From positions 1 to 64,000 of the IMG/VR virus record IMGVR_UViG_3300032313_001281: a DNA stretch of 64,000 nucleotides, one strand, 5' to 3'. Origin of the DNA: a virus. Positions 46,389 through 55,834 of this stretch are shown here, one piece after another. The notes below the pieces were generated by a model. It did no database searches. It was not told where the DNA came from and worked only from the letters and a program-made list of their open reading frames with translations. Position numbers and translations under genes: made by a program. The number at the start of each line of letters is the position of its first letter. The first letter of the stretch is position 1.

Positions 46389-47245
46389 TATTTGTCGAGT
46401 ACCATTTTGATGTGACCATTGGCATCTTTAACTCTTGTAAAAGAACTTATTTGATTATTAGGGTCATTTTCCTTGATGCGTTGTATGGGAGGAATTTTTC
46501 CACTCTTGGTGTCTTCCCACCATTGTGTGCTGAGACCACGAGATTTCATGTAGGCGGCCAAGCGTTCAGCGTCAATGTATCTGTGCTGGACAAAAAACTC
46601 ATTGTGTAGATCTCGAGGATTGTTGGGATTACCCTCGAGATATTCACGTTTTTTGTAGGCTTCGTCCTTGTTGTTGCCAGTAAGGTCAGCACGATCGTGT
46701 GTGACATCTACTTCGATTATTTTCATTATGTCTAACCAATAGGCCATTTGGCTGCCTTCGGCATCTAGCATTTGATGACGGCTGAGTTGTCCCAGAGTTT
46801 CCATCCATTCTTTAGGAAAAATAGGAAATATGCTATAAGGATGTTCGTTGTGTGTGTGCACCTTGAGCAATCGAAACTCGCCGGTGCACTCGCGTATGCG
46901 CTGATCCCAATCTTGTGTTTGCATGACAGCGTCATCACACCATACAAACAACCAATCGGCGTCGGCATCTCGAGCCAGAGTGTTGAAATACTGATTGAGA
47001 CCGGCATAGCCCAATGGTTCAAATCCCAGGGCTTCATAGTCTATGTCCCGTGCATCCAATTCGGGTTGTATGTTATTGGTAAAATAGTCAAGACCTATGC
47101 TATCATTGTTGTCAATGCCCAATCTAAACTGCACAGAGTCTAGATCATGTGCCAGATCGATTAAGCTGAACAGGCTGCGACGCAAGGCATCTGTGCGCTT
47201 GTGTGTGGGCAACAATACAGCTATGTCGTATTGGCGTGATTTCAT
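46388..47245 (-). CDS. GT-A (GT2-like) glycosyltransferase
   Basis: IAVLLPT..R, WLFVWCDD. Confidence 0.7.
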   Translation of the reverse strand: MKSRQYDIAVLLPTHKRTDALRRSLFSLIDLAHDLDSVQFRLGIDNNDSIGLDYFTNNIQPELDARDIDYEALGFEPLGYAGLNQYFNTLARDADADWLFVWCDDAVMQTQDWDQRIRECTGEFRLLKVHTHNEHPYSIFPIFPKEWMETLGQLSRHQMLDAEGSQMAYWLDIMKIIEVDVTHDRADLTGNNKDEAYKKREYLEGNPNNPRDLHNEFFVQHRYIDAERLAAYMKSRGLSTQWWEDTKSGKIPPIQRIKENDPNNQISSFTRVKDANGHIKMVLDK

Positions 47246-47249
47246 AATT

Positions 47250-47885
47250 TTAGTTTTCAATTTGTATTTTTTGCGGAGATATGCCCACACGATCCAATTT
47301 CAATTCAATGGCCAAGGCAATGGTATGAGCCACCTGGGCCGGACCCAGCACAGGACCACGTGCATATTCCTCGGCTATGTCCTGATCCGAGCGGGTGCCT
47401 TGGTAATTTTGTCGCAACATGTTGGTCTGAGTTTTTCCAGGAACAATCTCGGTAAACAAGATTCCCGGATAGTCTCGCTTGACAGCGTTTAGACTTTGGC
47501 GCAGGGCGATCTTGGAACCTACCATGAATATGGTATAGCTGATAGGATCATCTGCGCTGGTACTGGTTAGGTAGATGAATTGTCCTGTGGTTCTTTGTTG
47601 TGTGTATTGTTTGGCCAACAATAACGGCGCTGTGAAATTCACAGCCACATGATTCTGTTGATTCTGCCAAGAATTTTTGTGCCAACCCAAATATGCACCG
47701 CCATTGGCACCTGCACAATTCACTACCACATCGTACTCGGCTAGATCCAGACGATCTATTGAGGCAAAATCACCAAGATCAAATTCTTGTCTTGTGGGGG
47801 CCGTGACCACGTGTCCCTGGCGGCCTAGCAACTGTTTTACGGCTTGCCCAATTCCGCTGTTGCCTCCGGTCAAGAAAATTTTCAT
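47250..47885 (-). CDS. Short-chain dehydrogenase/reductase
   Basis: TGGNSGIG, NCAG, VNF; catalytic YxxxK appears as MVGSK. Confidence 0.8.
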   Translation of the reverse strand: MKIFLTGGNSGIGQAVKQLLGRQGHVVTAPTRQEFDLGDFASIDRLDLAEYDVVVNCAGANGGAYLGWHKNSWQNQQNHVAVNFTAPLLLAKQYTQQRTTGQFIYLTSTSADDPISYTIFMVGSKIALRQSLNAVKRDYPGILFTEIVPGKTQTNMLRQNYQGTRSDQDIAEEYARGPVLGPAQVAHTIALAIELKLDRVGISPQKIQIEN

Positions 47886-47893
47886 ATAGTTGA

Positions 47894-49459
47894 TTAGGAT
47901 TTGCCAGGGGTAATGTTTGTTATGTTGTTGCCGTTGTAGGCTATGTCGAATTGAAACATGTGCTGATTGATGTCATTGGCTTGAAGACGTTCCCATGGAT
48001 CTTGAGTTTTGTTCTTGACACCTTGCCAAAAACTGGTATTCTGCCCTAGGTTTTTCATGTAGGCGCAAAGTTGATCACAGTCTGTATGGCGTTGTTCTAT
48101 GGTTGCTGGATAATGAAAGTCTTGGACATTCTCAGGATGGCCTTCAAATCTGTGCTTGGGTTTGATGACTTCTATGGCGTTCTGGACCAACTCCACTTGA
48201 TTGTGGGTCACATCAATGTCCACAATCTCCATCAGGTCCAACATGTAGGCTATCTGACTGATCTCGGCATCAATCATCTGATGACGGCTCAACTGACCCA
48301 GTTGTTCATACCAGACTGCGGGCATTATAGGAAATATGCTGTAGGGATGCTCGTTGTGAGTGTGTACTTTGAGCACTTTGAATTGACCATTGTAGGCTTT
48401 GACAACCTGATCCCAATCCTGTGTTTCCATCACAGCATCGTCGTTCCAGACAAACAACCAATCAGCTGAAGCCTGTTGTGCTAGATAGTTATAGTAATGA
48501 TTCAGACCTTCGTAGCCCATGCTTTCAAAGGCCTGAGCTTCGTAGGCTATGTCCCGTTCATCCAGCCAAGGCTGTATCACAGATGTAAAATAGTTCAATC
48601 CTGTTTCGTCATCATTGTCAAACCCAAACACCAGTTGTAGGTCGGAAGCATCGTAGGCACGTTCTACAATGCTGGTCACGCTGGCTGTCAACTCGTCGGT
48701 CCGACCTCGACTGGGCAACAACACCGCAATTGAAAATTCACGGCTGGGTTTTTCAAAATAAAATTCGTAATCATCTAGACCCAGCACATTACTGACATCT
48801 ATGCCCGGCAAATAAAATTCTGGACGATCGGTAAAGTCTGTGCAGAGATCGTGCCGTAAAAAAGTAAATTCATAACAGTCACAGCTGCCGTCTGCGCTCA
48901 ATGGAGTGTGGTTGTTGCCGTGCAAATGTACCAACACATATTCAGTCTGTAGTTTTTTTACTGTGTTGACGAATTGTTGTCTGCGATGATTGGCAAAGTG
49001 TATTTCAATTACTATGCCAGGAAAAATCTCTCGATTGGCTAAAATTTCATCAATAAGGGGGAATTCACCACCTTCAATATCCATCTTGAGCAATACTCGT
49101 TTGCTGTCCAAACGTTGGATGGCCGTGGAAAATGCAGTGTATCCTGGACCTATGTTTTCTTCATAGTGTGTGGCCTTGGTTGAAAAAAAATCTTGGTAAG
49201 GAGCACGCAGGTAATCTTTCATGTTGTTGATGTTCACAGTTCCATCATACATGTGTATTTTGGACTGGGGCTTGAGATCTCGCCAGCCTTGATCAAAACT
49301 CCAGTTCTCGCCTAGCCCACAACTGAGCAGGTCATCGCAGTGATCCAACAGCATTTGTGGTATGATATAACCGCCATCGCTGGCACACCCTATACGCACA
49401 GGGTCGGCAATGATCTTGGGTAAACAACATATCAGTTCATTGGGTAATTGTATTTTCAT
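47894..49459 (-). CDS. Fusion of an FkbM-like methyltransferase and a GT2-like glycosyltransferase
   Basis: N-half RIG..SDGGY, LKMDIEGGE, IEIH, HLHGNN. The C-half is paralogous to 46388-47245. Confidence 0.78.
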   Translation of the reverse strand: MKIQLPNELICCLPKIIADPVRIGCASDGGYIIPQMLLDHCDDLLSCGLGENWSFDQGWRDLKPQSKIHMYDGTVNINNMKDYLRAPYQDFFSTKATHYEENIGPGYTAFSTAIQRLDSKRVLLKMDIEGGEFPLIDEILANREIFPGIVIEIHFANHRRQQFVNTVKKLQTEYVLVHLHGNNHTPLSADGSCDCYEFTFLRHDLCTDFTDRPEFYLPGIDVSNVLGLDDYEFYFEKPSREFSIAVLLPSRGRTDELTASVTSIVERAYDASDLQLVFGFDNDDETGLNYFTSVIQPWLDERDIAYEAQAFESMGYEGLNHYYNYLAQQASADWLFVWNDDAVMETQDWDQVVKAYNGQFKVLKVHTHNEHPYSIFPIMPAVWYEQLGQLSRHQMIDAEISQIAYMLDLMEIVDIDVTHNQVELVQNAIEVIKPKHRFEGHPENVQDFHYPATIEQRHTDCDQLCAYMKNLGQNTSFWQGVKNKTQDPWERLQANDINQHMFQFDIAYNGNNITNITPGKS

Positions 49460-49498
49460 CACAATATTTATATACGCCGTTTACTACGAAAACAAATC

Positions 49499-50038
49499 TT
49501 ATCCTTCGTATACTGCTGAGTTTGCATTGTGCTCAAACACTTCAACTGAACGCAACTTAACACCTTGCCCAACAGGATAGCGACACTTGAATTCTTTTAC
49601 AGTATTTCCGTCTTGTGAAACCAGAAACCAAGAGTTACCTGCTTGAAATGCCCGGAGAATATTTTCCATGGTTTTGTAAGCAAGTTCGGCAAACTTTTCG
49701 CAACCTACACCCTCAACAATACGAACATCGCATACTCCACCTTGATCTTGCAACCCTAGTTCGGCCATCTTTTCAAACATAGTACGATGAGGATCATCTT
49801 CGGCAATCACTAACGTGTGATCAAACATATACTCAGACCACTCTTTGAATGCTTTGAGTCCACCAAAGTCCATGACCCAATTACGATCATCCAATGTTTC
49901 ACTTTCAAAAATTAGTTTGATACCAATCGAGTATCCGTGTAGTAATGAGCAATGACTGTGTGTGCTTCGCCATTGTCTAAAACAGCATGAAAGTCCGCGG
50001 TCGTTACCGTAAGTTTTTGTTGAAAGATATTTTGCCAT
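49499..50038 (-). CDS. queD: 6-carboxy-5,6,7,8-tetrahydropterin synthase
   Basis: HCSLLHGY, WVMDFG, FDH, E..A, VFE..NSA.Y. Confidence 0.88.
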   Translation of the reverse strand: MAKYLSTKTYGNDRGLSCCFRQWRSTHSHCSLLHGYSIGIKLIFESETLDDRNWVMDFGGLKAFKEWSEYMFDHTLVIAEDDPHRTMFEKMAELGLQDQGGVCDVRIVEGVGCEKFAELAYKTMENILRAFQAGNSWFLVSQDGNTVKEFKCRYPVGQGVKLRSVEVFEHNANSAVYEG

Positions 50039-50056
50039 TTGTTTCTCCTATGTTAG

Positions 50057-50085
50057 ATTATAGCATAGGTGGCAGAGTTTGTAAA
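50057..50085 (-). promoter_or_regulatory. sigma70-type promoter for queD
   Basis: TTTACA-17 nt-TATAAT with extended TG. Confidence 0.7.
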
Positions 50086-50114
50086 GCGGGGTGACACCAA
50101 AGACCGCTGTAGTG

Positions 50115-50483
50115 CTATTTACGATAGTTTCCTTTGCCCGGAATGGTATTACGGACTCCGCCCACTGGGTCCGCTACATCGCCTGTCCTGCGTGGAATAA
50201 GATGCACATGCGGATACATCACAGTTTGGCCGGCAGCTTCTCCTGAATTGTATCCAATATTAAACCCATCGCACTCGCCTGATACAACCATATGGTTACC
50301 ATCAGCCAGAGCGTGTTCCATAGCCTGCACAATCCAATGAGAATTGTCATCTTTGGGCACATACAATCTATGCCCAGGGGTGCATGGATAGCGGTCTAAA
50401 TACACAGCAACCAACGGACGATCTTCTACAAGATTGTCCCATGGTGCTACGCCCCTCTTTTGTGCTTCTAGTAGTGTTGTCAT
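50115..50483 (-). CDS. HIT-family nucleotide hydrolase
   Basis: D.YP.TPGH, GFNIG.N.G.AAGQTV..PHVHLIPR. Confidence 0.9.
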   Translation of the reverse strand: MTTLLEAQKRGVAPWDNLVEDRPLVAVYLDRYPCTPGHRLYVPKDDNSHWIVQAMEHALADGNHMVVSGECDGFNIGYNSGEAAGQTVMYPHVHLIPRRTGDVADPVGGVRNTIPGKGNYRK

Positions 50484-50484
50484 A

Positions 50485-52929
50485 TTAGTCTATCCAAAAT
50501 TTCAATTCGGTCATTGCACGATACTGTCCTGCTGTGGTGCCCATAGCACTTAATTTTAACTGGGTCTGACGGGTCAGTTGATTGGTGTACAAGGCACGTA
50601 GATATCCAGTGGTCTGATTTTGCACTTGCAATGTTTTGTTAGTATACACTATGTTTCCGCCCGTGTCAACAGCGGTGGGTATCCGGGCTTGCACCGAACC
50701 AGATAACACCACGGGCTTGACTCCGGCATATATGCCCACGTCTCCGGCACGTTGGACGTTGCCAAATCTATATCCGGATTCGGCCCAGGCACCCCACATG
50801 TTATCTACTCTAGTGACCAAGCCCGGTTGTATGTTTGTGGTCACGTGCATGGCACTGGCCTGCGCCGAGAATCCGCCTTTGCGGTAAGTGACCACATTGT
50901 CCATGACGCCCGATCCGGTGATCTCACCCCAGGCACCACCAAAGGCCATCCACGGATTGGAATTCAAATAGGTATATTGTGTGCCCACACTCCAGTTGCC
51001 GTTACTGTACCATCTTGGTACTCCTACTGTGTATTGAGTGGGCTTGTTTAGACCCATACCGTTGGCATCTCTACCAGCAAAGTCAGCACCCACTCGCATG
51101 CCGTTGACAGTGGTTAATGCTCCATTGACCAAGTATTCGGCATGGCTGGTCAGTTCGTATTGATCATTGTGCTGAGTATTATATCCAAAAGCATTCATGG
51201 CCGTGATGTTCATGGGTTTGATATTGGTGGAGAATGCACGACCCAAGCTGTCAGTGACCACGGCTGCTCCGTCACCAATGTTGAGACCTGTGATATAACC
51301 ACGTATGGGTGCTACACCACCGGTGGCCAAGGGCAAGCCAAGACCTCCAATGGGCTGGAATGCTTTTTCTGGATCCAACACATTCATGCCAAACCATGTG
51401 GTCGAACTCTGTGCCAACACTGTGTTGATCTGTCCGTCGCTCATCCAGGGCCATGCCTGTTTGATTGCAGCGGCAGTGGCCTGTGCTGAAGCGGCAGTGG
51501 CGCCCAGTTGGCTGAGATAAATGGCTTTTTGTTGCACACCGCCGCTGACATAACTGACCGCAGTGGCCAGGTACACATTGCCATCTGGGCCCTTTACAAA
51601 CACAATACCGTTAGCGCCGTTTTCAGCACTGGCGTTGATGGCCTTTTCCAAGGCCAAGGACTGTCCAACAAAAGCGTCGATCACTGTGCCGTAACTGGCA
51701 ACATATTTGTGTTCTGAGGTGTGTATCAAGACCTGGGCTCCAGTGGCACTGGTCCAACTGGTTCCGCCCAACACTATGTCAATGAGCCCATCGTTGTTCA
51801 CGTCCATTAGTTTGGGATTGTAGTGTTGTGAAGATGAGGCAGTGTTATATCCAACCAAGGTAGTGTCTGTGACATCAGTAAATGTTCCGCCACCGCGATT
51901 TTTCAAGAACTGTATTTCACTGTAGTCGGGCCAAGTGTATCCGCCGGCACCGTTGGCTTTAACCGGTCGGCTGAATATTACAGCACTAGCAAGGCCCGAG
52001 TTGTCAAAGTCAAATGCTAGAGAGCGATAATCGTGACTACCGCTAAATCCGTATCCATTCCACTTGGGCAGGAGAAATCTTGAATCCGGTAGGACACTGA
52101 TCATAGTCAGGTGAAAATCCAGTGTGGGTCTACCACCGTCGACCATGCTCCAACTATACAGTCTATTGTTGCCTGCTTGCCAGGCATTTTGATCAGTAAG
52201 TATGACGCTACTACCGCCGGTGCCCATAAAGTCCGCTATGGCCACTGAGCCGGCACTACCGCCATAATTTCTATCCCCCGATACTGTGTGTGTAGTAAAA
52301 GTTCGATCTGCATTGCCAAAACTCACACGGCTACCGGTGGTAAAGATATCAGATCGGCCATCTCGGTTGATATCATAGACTGCGCTGTCATGGCCGTGTA
52401 TGCCAAGATTTAAATCAGCACGAGTGAATCTGGTACCGTTGTTGAAAAATACCCAACCTGATCCGGTTGAGCTGGCATCGGTATTGGGTGCCACATACAT
52501 ATCTTTTTTACCATCACCGTCAAAGTCGGCAAACTTAACGCTGGGTTCTGTGCCTAAAATCACATTATCTGTGCCTGAAAACCATTGACTGGTTCGGTTG
52601 ACCAAGGTACCGTTACTCCAACCAAACACATTGAGATTATAGCTGGGATATGATCCTTGGTTGGCCGAGCCGGAACGCCCAGCTGTGATTAGTTCTTCTC
52701 CGGAGCCGCTAAGGCTTTCAGCATACATGGCACTGGAATCAGATTCTCGTGCGGTGCTGTTTATAGGAGTAACTGATCCAACACGAGTCGGGGTTGAGTA
52801 TGGAACTTGTCTAAGTATAGGGCTAGGACTATTGTATGGAGAGCCACCTCCACCACCACCGCCACCACCACAGCCTGTGATGACTACAACTGTGCCAAAA
52901 AGACAAGTCCAAAGCAGTTTGCGACGCAT
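50485..52929 (-). CDS. Large predicted lipoprotein with FG-GAP/VCBS-like Ca-binding repeats
   Basis: Lipobox-like ITGC then poly-Gly; DFDGDGKKD, DINRDGRSD, DVNNDGLID; beta-strand-rich C-terminus. Confidence 0.72.
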   Translation of the reverse strand: MRRKLLWTCLFGTVVVITGCGGGGGGGGGSPYNSPSPILRQVPYSTPTRVGSVTPINSTARESDSSAMYAESLSGSGEELITAGRSGSANQGSYPSYNLNVFGWSNGTLVNRTSQWFSGTDNVILGTEPSVKFADFDGDGKKDMYVAPNTDASSTGSGWVFFNNGTRFTRADLNLGIHGHDSAVYDINRDGRSDIFTTGSRVSFGNADRTFTTHTVSGDRNYGGSAGSVAIADFMGTGGSSVILTDQNAWQAGNNRLYSWSMVDGGRPTLDFHLTMISVLPDSRFLLPKWNGYGFSGSHDYRSLAFDFDNSGLASAVIFSRPVKANGAGGYTWPDYSEIQFLKNRGGGTFTDVTDTTLVGYNTASSSQHYNPKLMDVNNDGLIDIVLGGTSWTSATGAQVLIHTSEHKYVASYGTVIDAFVGQSLALEKAINASAENGANGIVFVKGPDGNVYLATAVSYVSGGVQQKAIYLSQLGATAASAQATAAAIKQAWPWMSDGQINTVLAQSSTTWFGMNVLDPEKAFQPIGGLGLPLATGGVAPIRGYITGLNIGDGAAVVTDSLGRAFSTNIKPMNITAMNAFGYNTQHNDQYELTSHAEYLVNGALTTVNGMRVGADFAGRDANGMGLNKPTQYTVGVPRWYSNGNWSVGTQYTYLNSNPWMAFGGAWGEITGSGVMDNVVTYRKGGFSAQASAMHVTTNIQPGLVTRVDNMWGAWAESGYRFGNVQRAGDVGIYAGVKPVVLSGSVQARIPTAVDTGGNIVYTNKTLQVQNQTTGYLRALYTNQLTRQTQLKLSAMGTTAGQYRAMTELKFWID

Positions 52930-52959
52930 ACTATACCCATAAGAGTTTACAATATTACT

Positions 52960-52988
52960 ATTATAGCAAAACGGGTATTTTGTGTCAA
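52960..52988 (-). promoter_or_regulatory. Consensus sigma70 promoter for the lipoprotein gene
   Basis: TTGACA-17 nt-TATAAT with extended TG. Confidence 0.88.
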
Positions 52989-52994
52989 ACTAGG

Positions 52995-53423
52995 TTAGTG
53001 TACACTAACTTCTTGTTCTAAATAGCGAATCAGCTCTTTGTCTGTGGGTTCTACTGTGTAATTGTTCTTGAAGAAGATTTCATAACTGTCTGATCCGTAT
53101 TTGCCTATACCATACAGTTTGTCGGCTTGGTTGCCATCCCATTCCATAAAATCCAGGGTCATCTGTGTGAGCCTTTCGTAGCGACGATTCACCATGCCCA
53201 GACTCCAAATCACATCACGAACCTCGTCCGGAGTGGCCTGCAGGAATGCATACGGACTAGGCCACTTGTGCCAAAATACAGGTGCAACTGACTTCACAGG
53301 CTTGCGACCAGTTTGATTCAGCATGATCACTGCTACCATGTGTTGCCAGGCCGCATTAACACTCTCCAAGCCATCAGGCAACTGTTGTTGCACCATGAGA
53401 TCATCACGGAGTGGCTGTATCAT
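52995..53423 (-). CDS. HhH-GPD DNA glycosylase, MBD4-like
   Basis: IMLNQT, WPSP, LGM...R, LYGIGKYGSDSY.IF, EPTDKEL. Confidence 0.8.
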   Translation of the reverse strand: MIQPLRDDLMVQQQLPDGLESVNAAWQHMVAVIMLNQTGRKPVKSVAPVFWHKWPSPYAFLQATPDEVRDVIWSLGMVNRRYERLTQMTLDFMEWDGNQADKLYGIGKYGSDSYEIFFKNNYTVEPTDKELIRYLEQEVSVH

Positions 53424-54271
53424 CTTGGAGCAAAGTCCTGTTGTAGTTTGATATTGTCCATGAACTCTTTCTTGGTGCCAGGATCTGTTTGGAACACACC
53501 TTTTAACACTGTAGTCTGTGTTAAACTACTGTGTGCCATTATGCCCCTATTTTCGCAACACCCATGTTGAGCTTGTATGTAAACTCCGACATTCTCTGAG
53601 TCGGTTGCTTTCATTATTTCTCTTGCGATGTCGTTGCACAGTTCTTCTTGTAGCGTACCACGGCGAGCGCACCACTGAGCGATCCTAGTATACTTAGACA
53701 GACCGATAAGTTTGTTAGCGGCGATGATGCCAATATAAGCAACACCACTGACAGGCTGATGGTGATGAGAGCACATGCTTCGTAACTCAGAACGCACCAC
53801 AAGCATGCCTTCATAGCGGTCCGCCGAATCATTTGGAAAAGCTGTTGCATCTGGTGCTGGATCATATCGACCTCCCATAATTTCGTTGTAGTACATTTTA
53901 GCAAGACGACGGGCGGTACCTTGGCTGTTAGGATCATTCTCACGATCAATCAACAAGGTATCTAATACTCGTTCAAACGCTTCTGCGGCTTCATCAATCA
54001 AGCGTTCTTTATCACCCTCGTGTAAATATTCGCTAATGTTATCGCCAGCCCAGAAACGTTTTTTATCACGCTTCATGTTAAACCGGATAGCATCGGCTAG
54101 ATACTTGCCTTCTTCGTAACCTTTATCGCTCATGTGCATTACAGCATCTTCGTAGCCGGGATGGTATGGAGCTTCGGCTACTATGCGGCTTTGCTTCAAA
54201 GCGTCAAATGTTGCTTGGCTGTCATTATTTTTCACTGCGTTCTCTCTATCGTCTGAAGTAAATGTTGTCAT
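53420..54271 (-). CDS. folE: GTP cyclohydrolase I
   Basis: SMCSHH, GLSKY.RI, LQEEL, HGCCENRG. Confidence 0.95.
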   Translation of the reverse strand: MTTFTSDDRENAVKNNDSQATFDALKQSRIVAEAPYHPGYEDAVMHMSDKGYEEGKYLADAIRFNMKRDKKRFWAGDNISEYLHEGDKERLIDEAAEAFERVLDTLLIDRENDPNSQGTARRLAKMYYNEIMGGRYDPAPDATAFPNDSADRYEGMLVVRSELRSMCSHHHQPVSGVAYIGIIAANKLIGLSKYTRIAQWCARRGTLQEELCNDIAREIMKATDSENVGVYIQAQHGCCENRGIMAHSSLTQTTVLKGVFQTDPGTKKEFMDNIKLQQDFAPR

Positions 54272-54296
54272 GGCGTCCTCTTATTATACATGTTAT

Positions 54297-54884
54297 TTAG
54301 ATTTTTGCAAGATCAAATGGAATTTTTCTCAAGTCTGGATACACGGCCGCTTGGCTTTGGGGTGTGATGGCGGGCAATAATTCTAATCCTTTAACACATA
54401 GTTCTAATGTTGGGCAATAATGGTAGCCCAGGATCAAGTCTGTTTCGGTTTCCCATGGTATGTGTAGGTCTCTTCCATCACTGCGCTGGCGACTCATTGT
54501 GCGATATGCTTCTGCATCATCTAGTAAGATAGCTCCTACTTTGCCCAACTGTAGCGGCTTGGTCCATCCAAAACTTAGACACTGCATGGTTCCAGAATTA
54601 TACATGTTGCGCTCTAACCTACGAGCCGAATCCCAAATTCTAGTTCCGTAGAATTGATATTCGCCCGACCATTTTTCAGTGACCATCTCGTACTCAATGC
54701 CCAAGTGATGCATCAGCATGGGAACACTGAGATAGGTATAAGCAGAGAATCGAGTGCGTTTAACTTGATCATACCGCATGCACAATTCAATGGCATGTGT
54801 ACAACCATCGGTTACAACCACATATGGCGCACCGGTATATTCGGCTAGGGCTGATTCAAAATCAAACAGTGCCCGAAAGCTCAT
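54297..54884 (-). CDS. Short DegT-family PLP aminotransferase-like protein
   Basis: FE..LAEY.G, GCTHAI, WDSA, CLSFG.TKPL..G..GAIL; only 195 aa. Confidence 0.75.
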   Translation of the reverse strand: MSFRALFDFESALAEYTGAPYVVVTDGCTHAIELCMRYDQVKRTRFSAYTYLSVPMLMHHLGIEYEMVTEKWSGEYQFYGTRIWDSARRLERNMYNSGTMQCLSFGWTKPLQLGKVGAILLDDAEAYRTMSRQRSDGRDLHIPWETETDLILGYHYCPTLELCVKGLELLPAITPQSQAAVYPDLRKIPFDLAKI

Positions 54885-55834
54885 CTATTGTACCACGCCC
54901 AGGCATGACTAATCATATTTTCAAGCGTGAACTTGGGTTTCCATGTACTCACACCCATGAACTTACCGGCATCAGCTGTGAGCACAGCCGGATCACCTTC
55001 ACGTTTTGGACCATGAACAACTGGTATTGAAGTTTTGGTTATTTGTGCAGCCAACTGTATCACAGCAAGATTGCTGTTGCCGGCGTTTGTACCAAGATTA
55101 TAGATGTCACTTGGAATATCTTTGTCTATAGCAACAATGTGTGCGTTGGCCAGATCTTCTACGTGGATATAATCTCGAACACAAGTGCCATCATCGGTGG
55201 GATAGTTGGTGCCATACAGTGTAAAGTCGGTGCCGTTCTTGACTGATTCTAGTACTCGAGCAATGATATGCGTGGCACCCGGTGCTTGGCCGTGTCTGCC
55301 TTGACTGTCTGCACCACAGGCATTGAAGTAACGGAATGACACAAAGTCTAATCCATAAGCCTGCTTGTAGCTGGTCAGCATCCAGTCCGTCATCAGCTTG
55401 CTTTGACCGTATGGACTGATGGGCTCGGTAGGATCAACTTCTTGCACCGGCGTCATGACGGGATTGCCGTAGGTTGCGGCACTGCTACTGAAAATGAATC
55501 TAACTTGTTTGTCATGATTCTTGACCAGGTAGTCTAGTAGGATCTTGGTTTTAACAAAGTTATTATCGTAGTATTCTTGCGGATTTGATACACTGGGGCC
55601 AACAAGACTAGTGCCAGCACAGTGTATGATGGCATCTGGGCAAAATCTTTTAATTGCATCCAATCCCAACTCAGCTGAAAAATCACCGGTGTGCCACTGA
55701 CATGGAACCGGAATCAGATGCCCGGGTGGCATTGCTCGATCAATGGCCAACACGTCGTGGCCAGCGTCTACTAACTTGATTAAGGTTTCTCCGCCAATAA
55801 ATCCAGCTGCTCCAGTAACTACAACTTTAGTCAT
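54881..55834 (-). CDS. galE: UDP-glucose 4-epimerase
   Basis: TGAAGFIG, FSSSAATYG, YGQSK, RYFNACGA, DGTCVRDYIHVEDLA, REGDP. Confidence 0.9.
   Translation of the reverse strand: MTKVVVTGAAGFIGGETLIKLVDAGHDVLAIDRAMPPGHLIPVPCQWHTGDFSAELGLDAIKRFCPDAIIHCAGTSLVGPSVSNPQEYYDNNFVKTKILLDYLVKNHDKQVRFIFSSSAATYGNPVMTPVQEVDPTEPISPYGQSKLMTDWMLTSYKQAYGLDFVSFRYFNACGADSQGRHGQAPGATHIIARVLESVKNGTDFTLYGTNYPTDDGTCVRDYIHVEDLANAHIVAIDKDIPSDIYNLGTNAGNSNLAVIQLAAQITKTSIPVVHGPKREGDPAVLTADAGKFMGVSTWKPKFTLENMISHAWAWYNR

Noticed and set aside
52843-52870. (CCA/CCG)n triplet run as a regulatory or contingency repeat
   Set aside because: It encodes the poly-Gly linker after the lipoprotein Cys, uses mixed codons and keeps frame.
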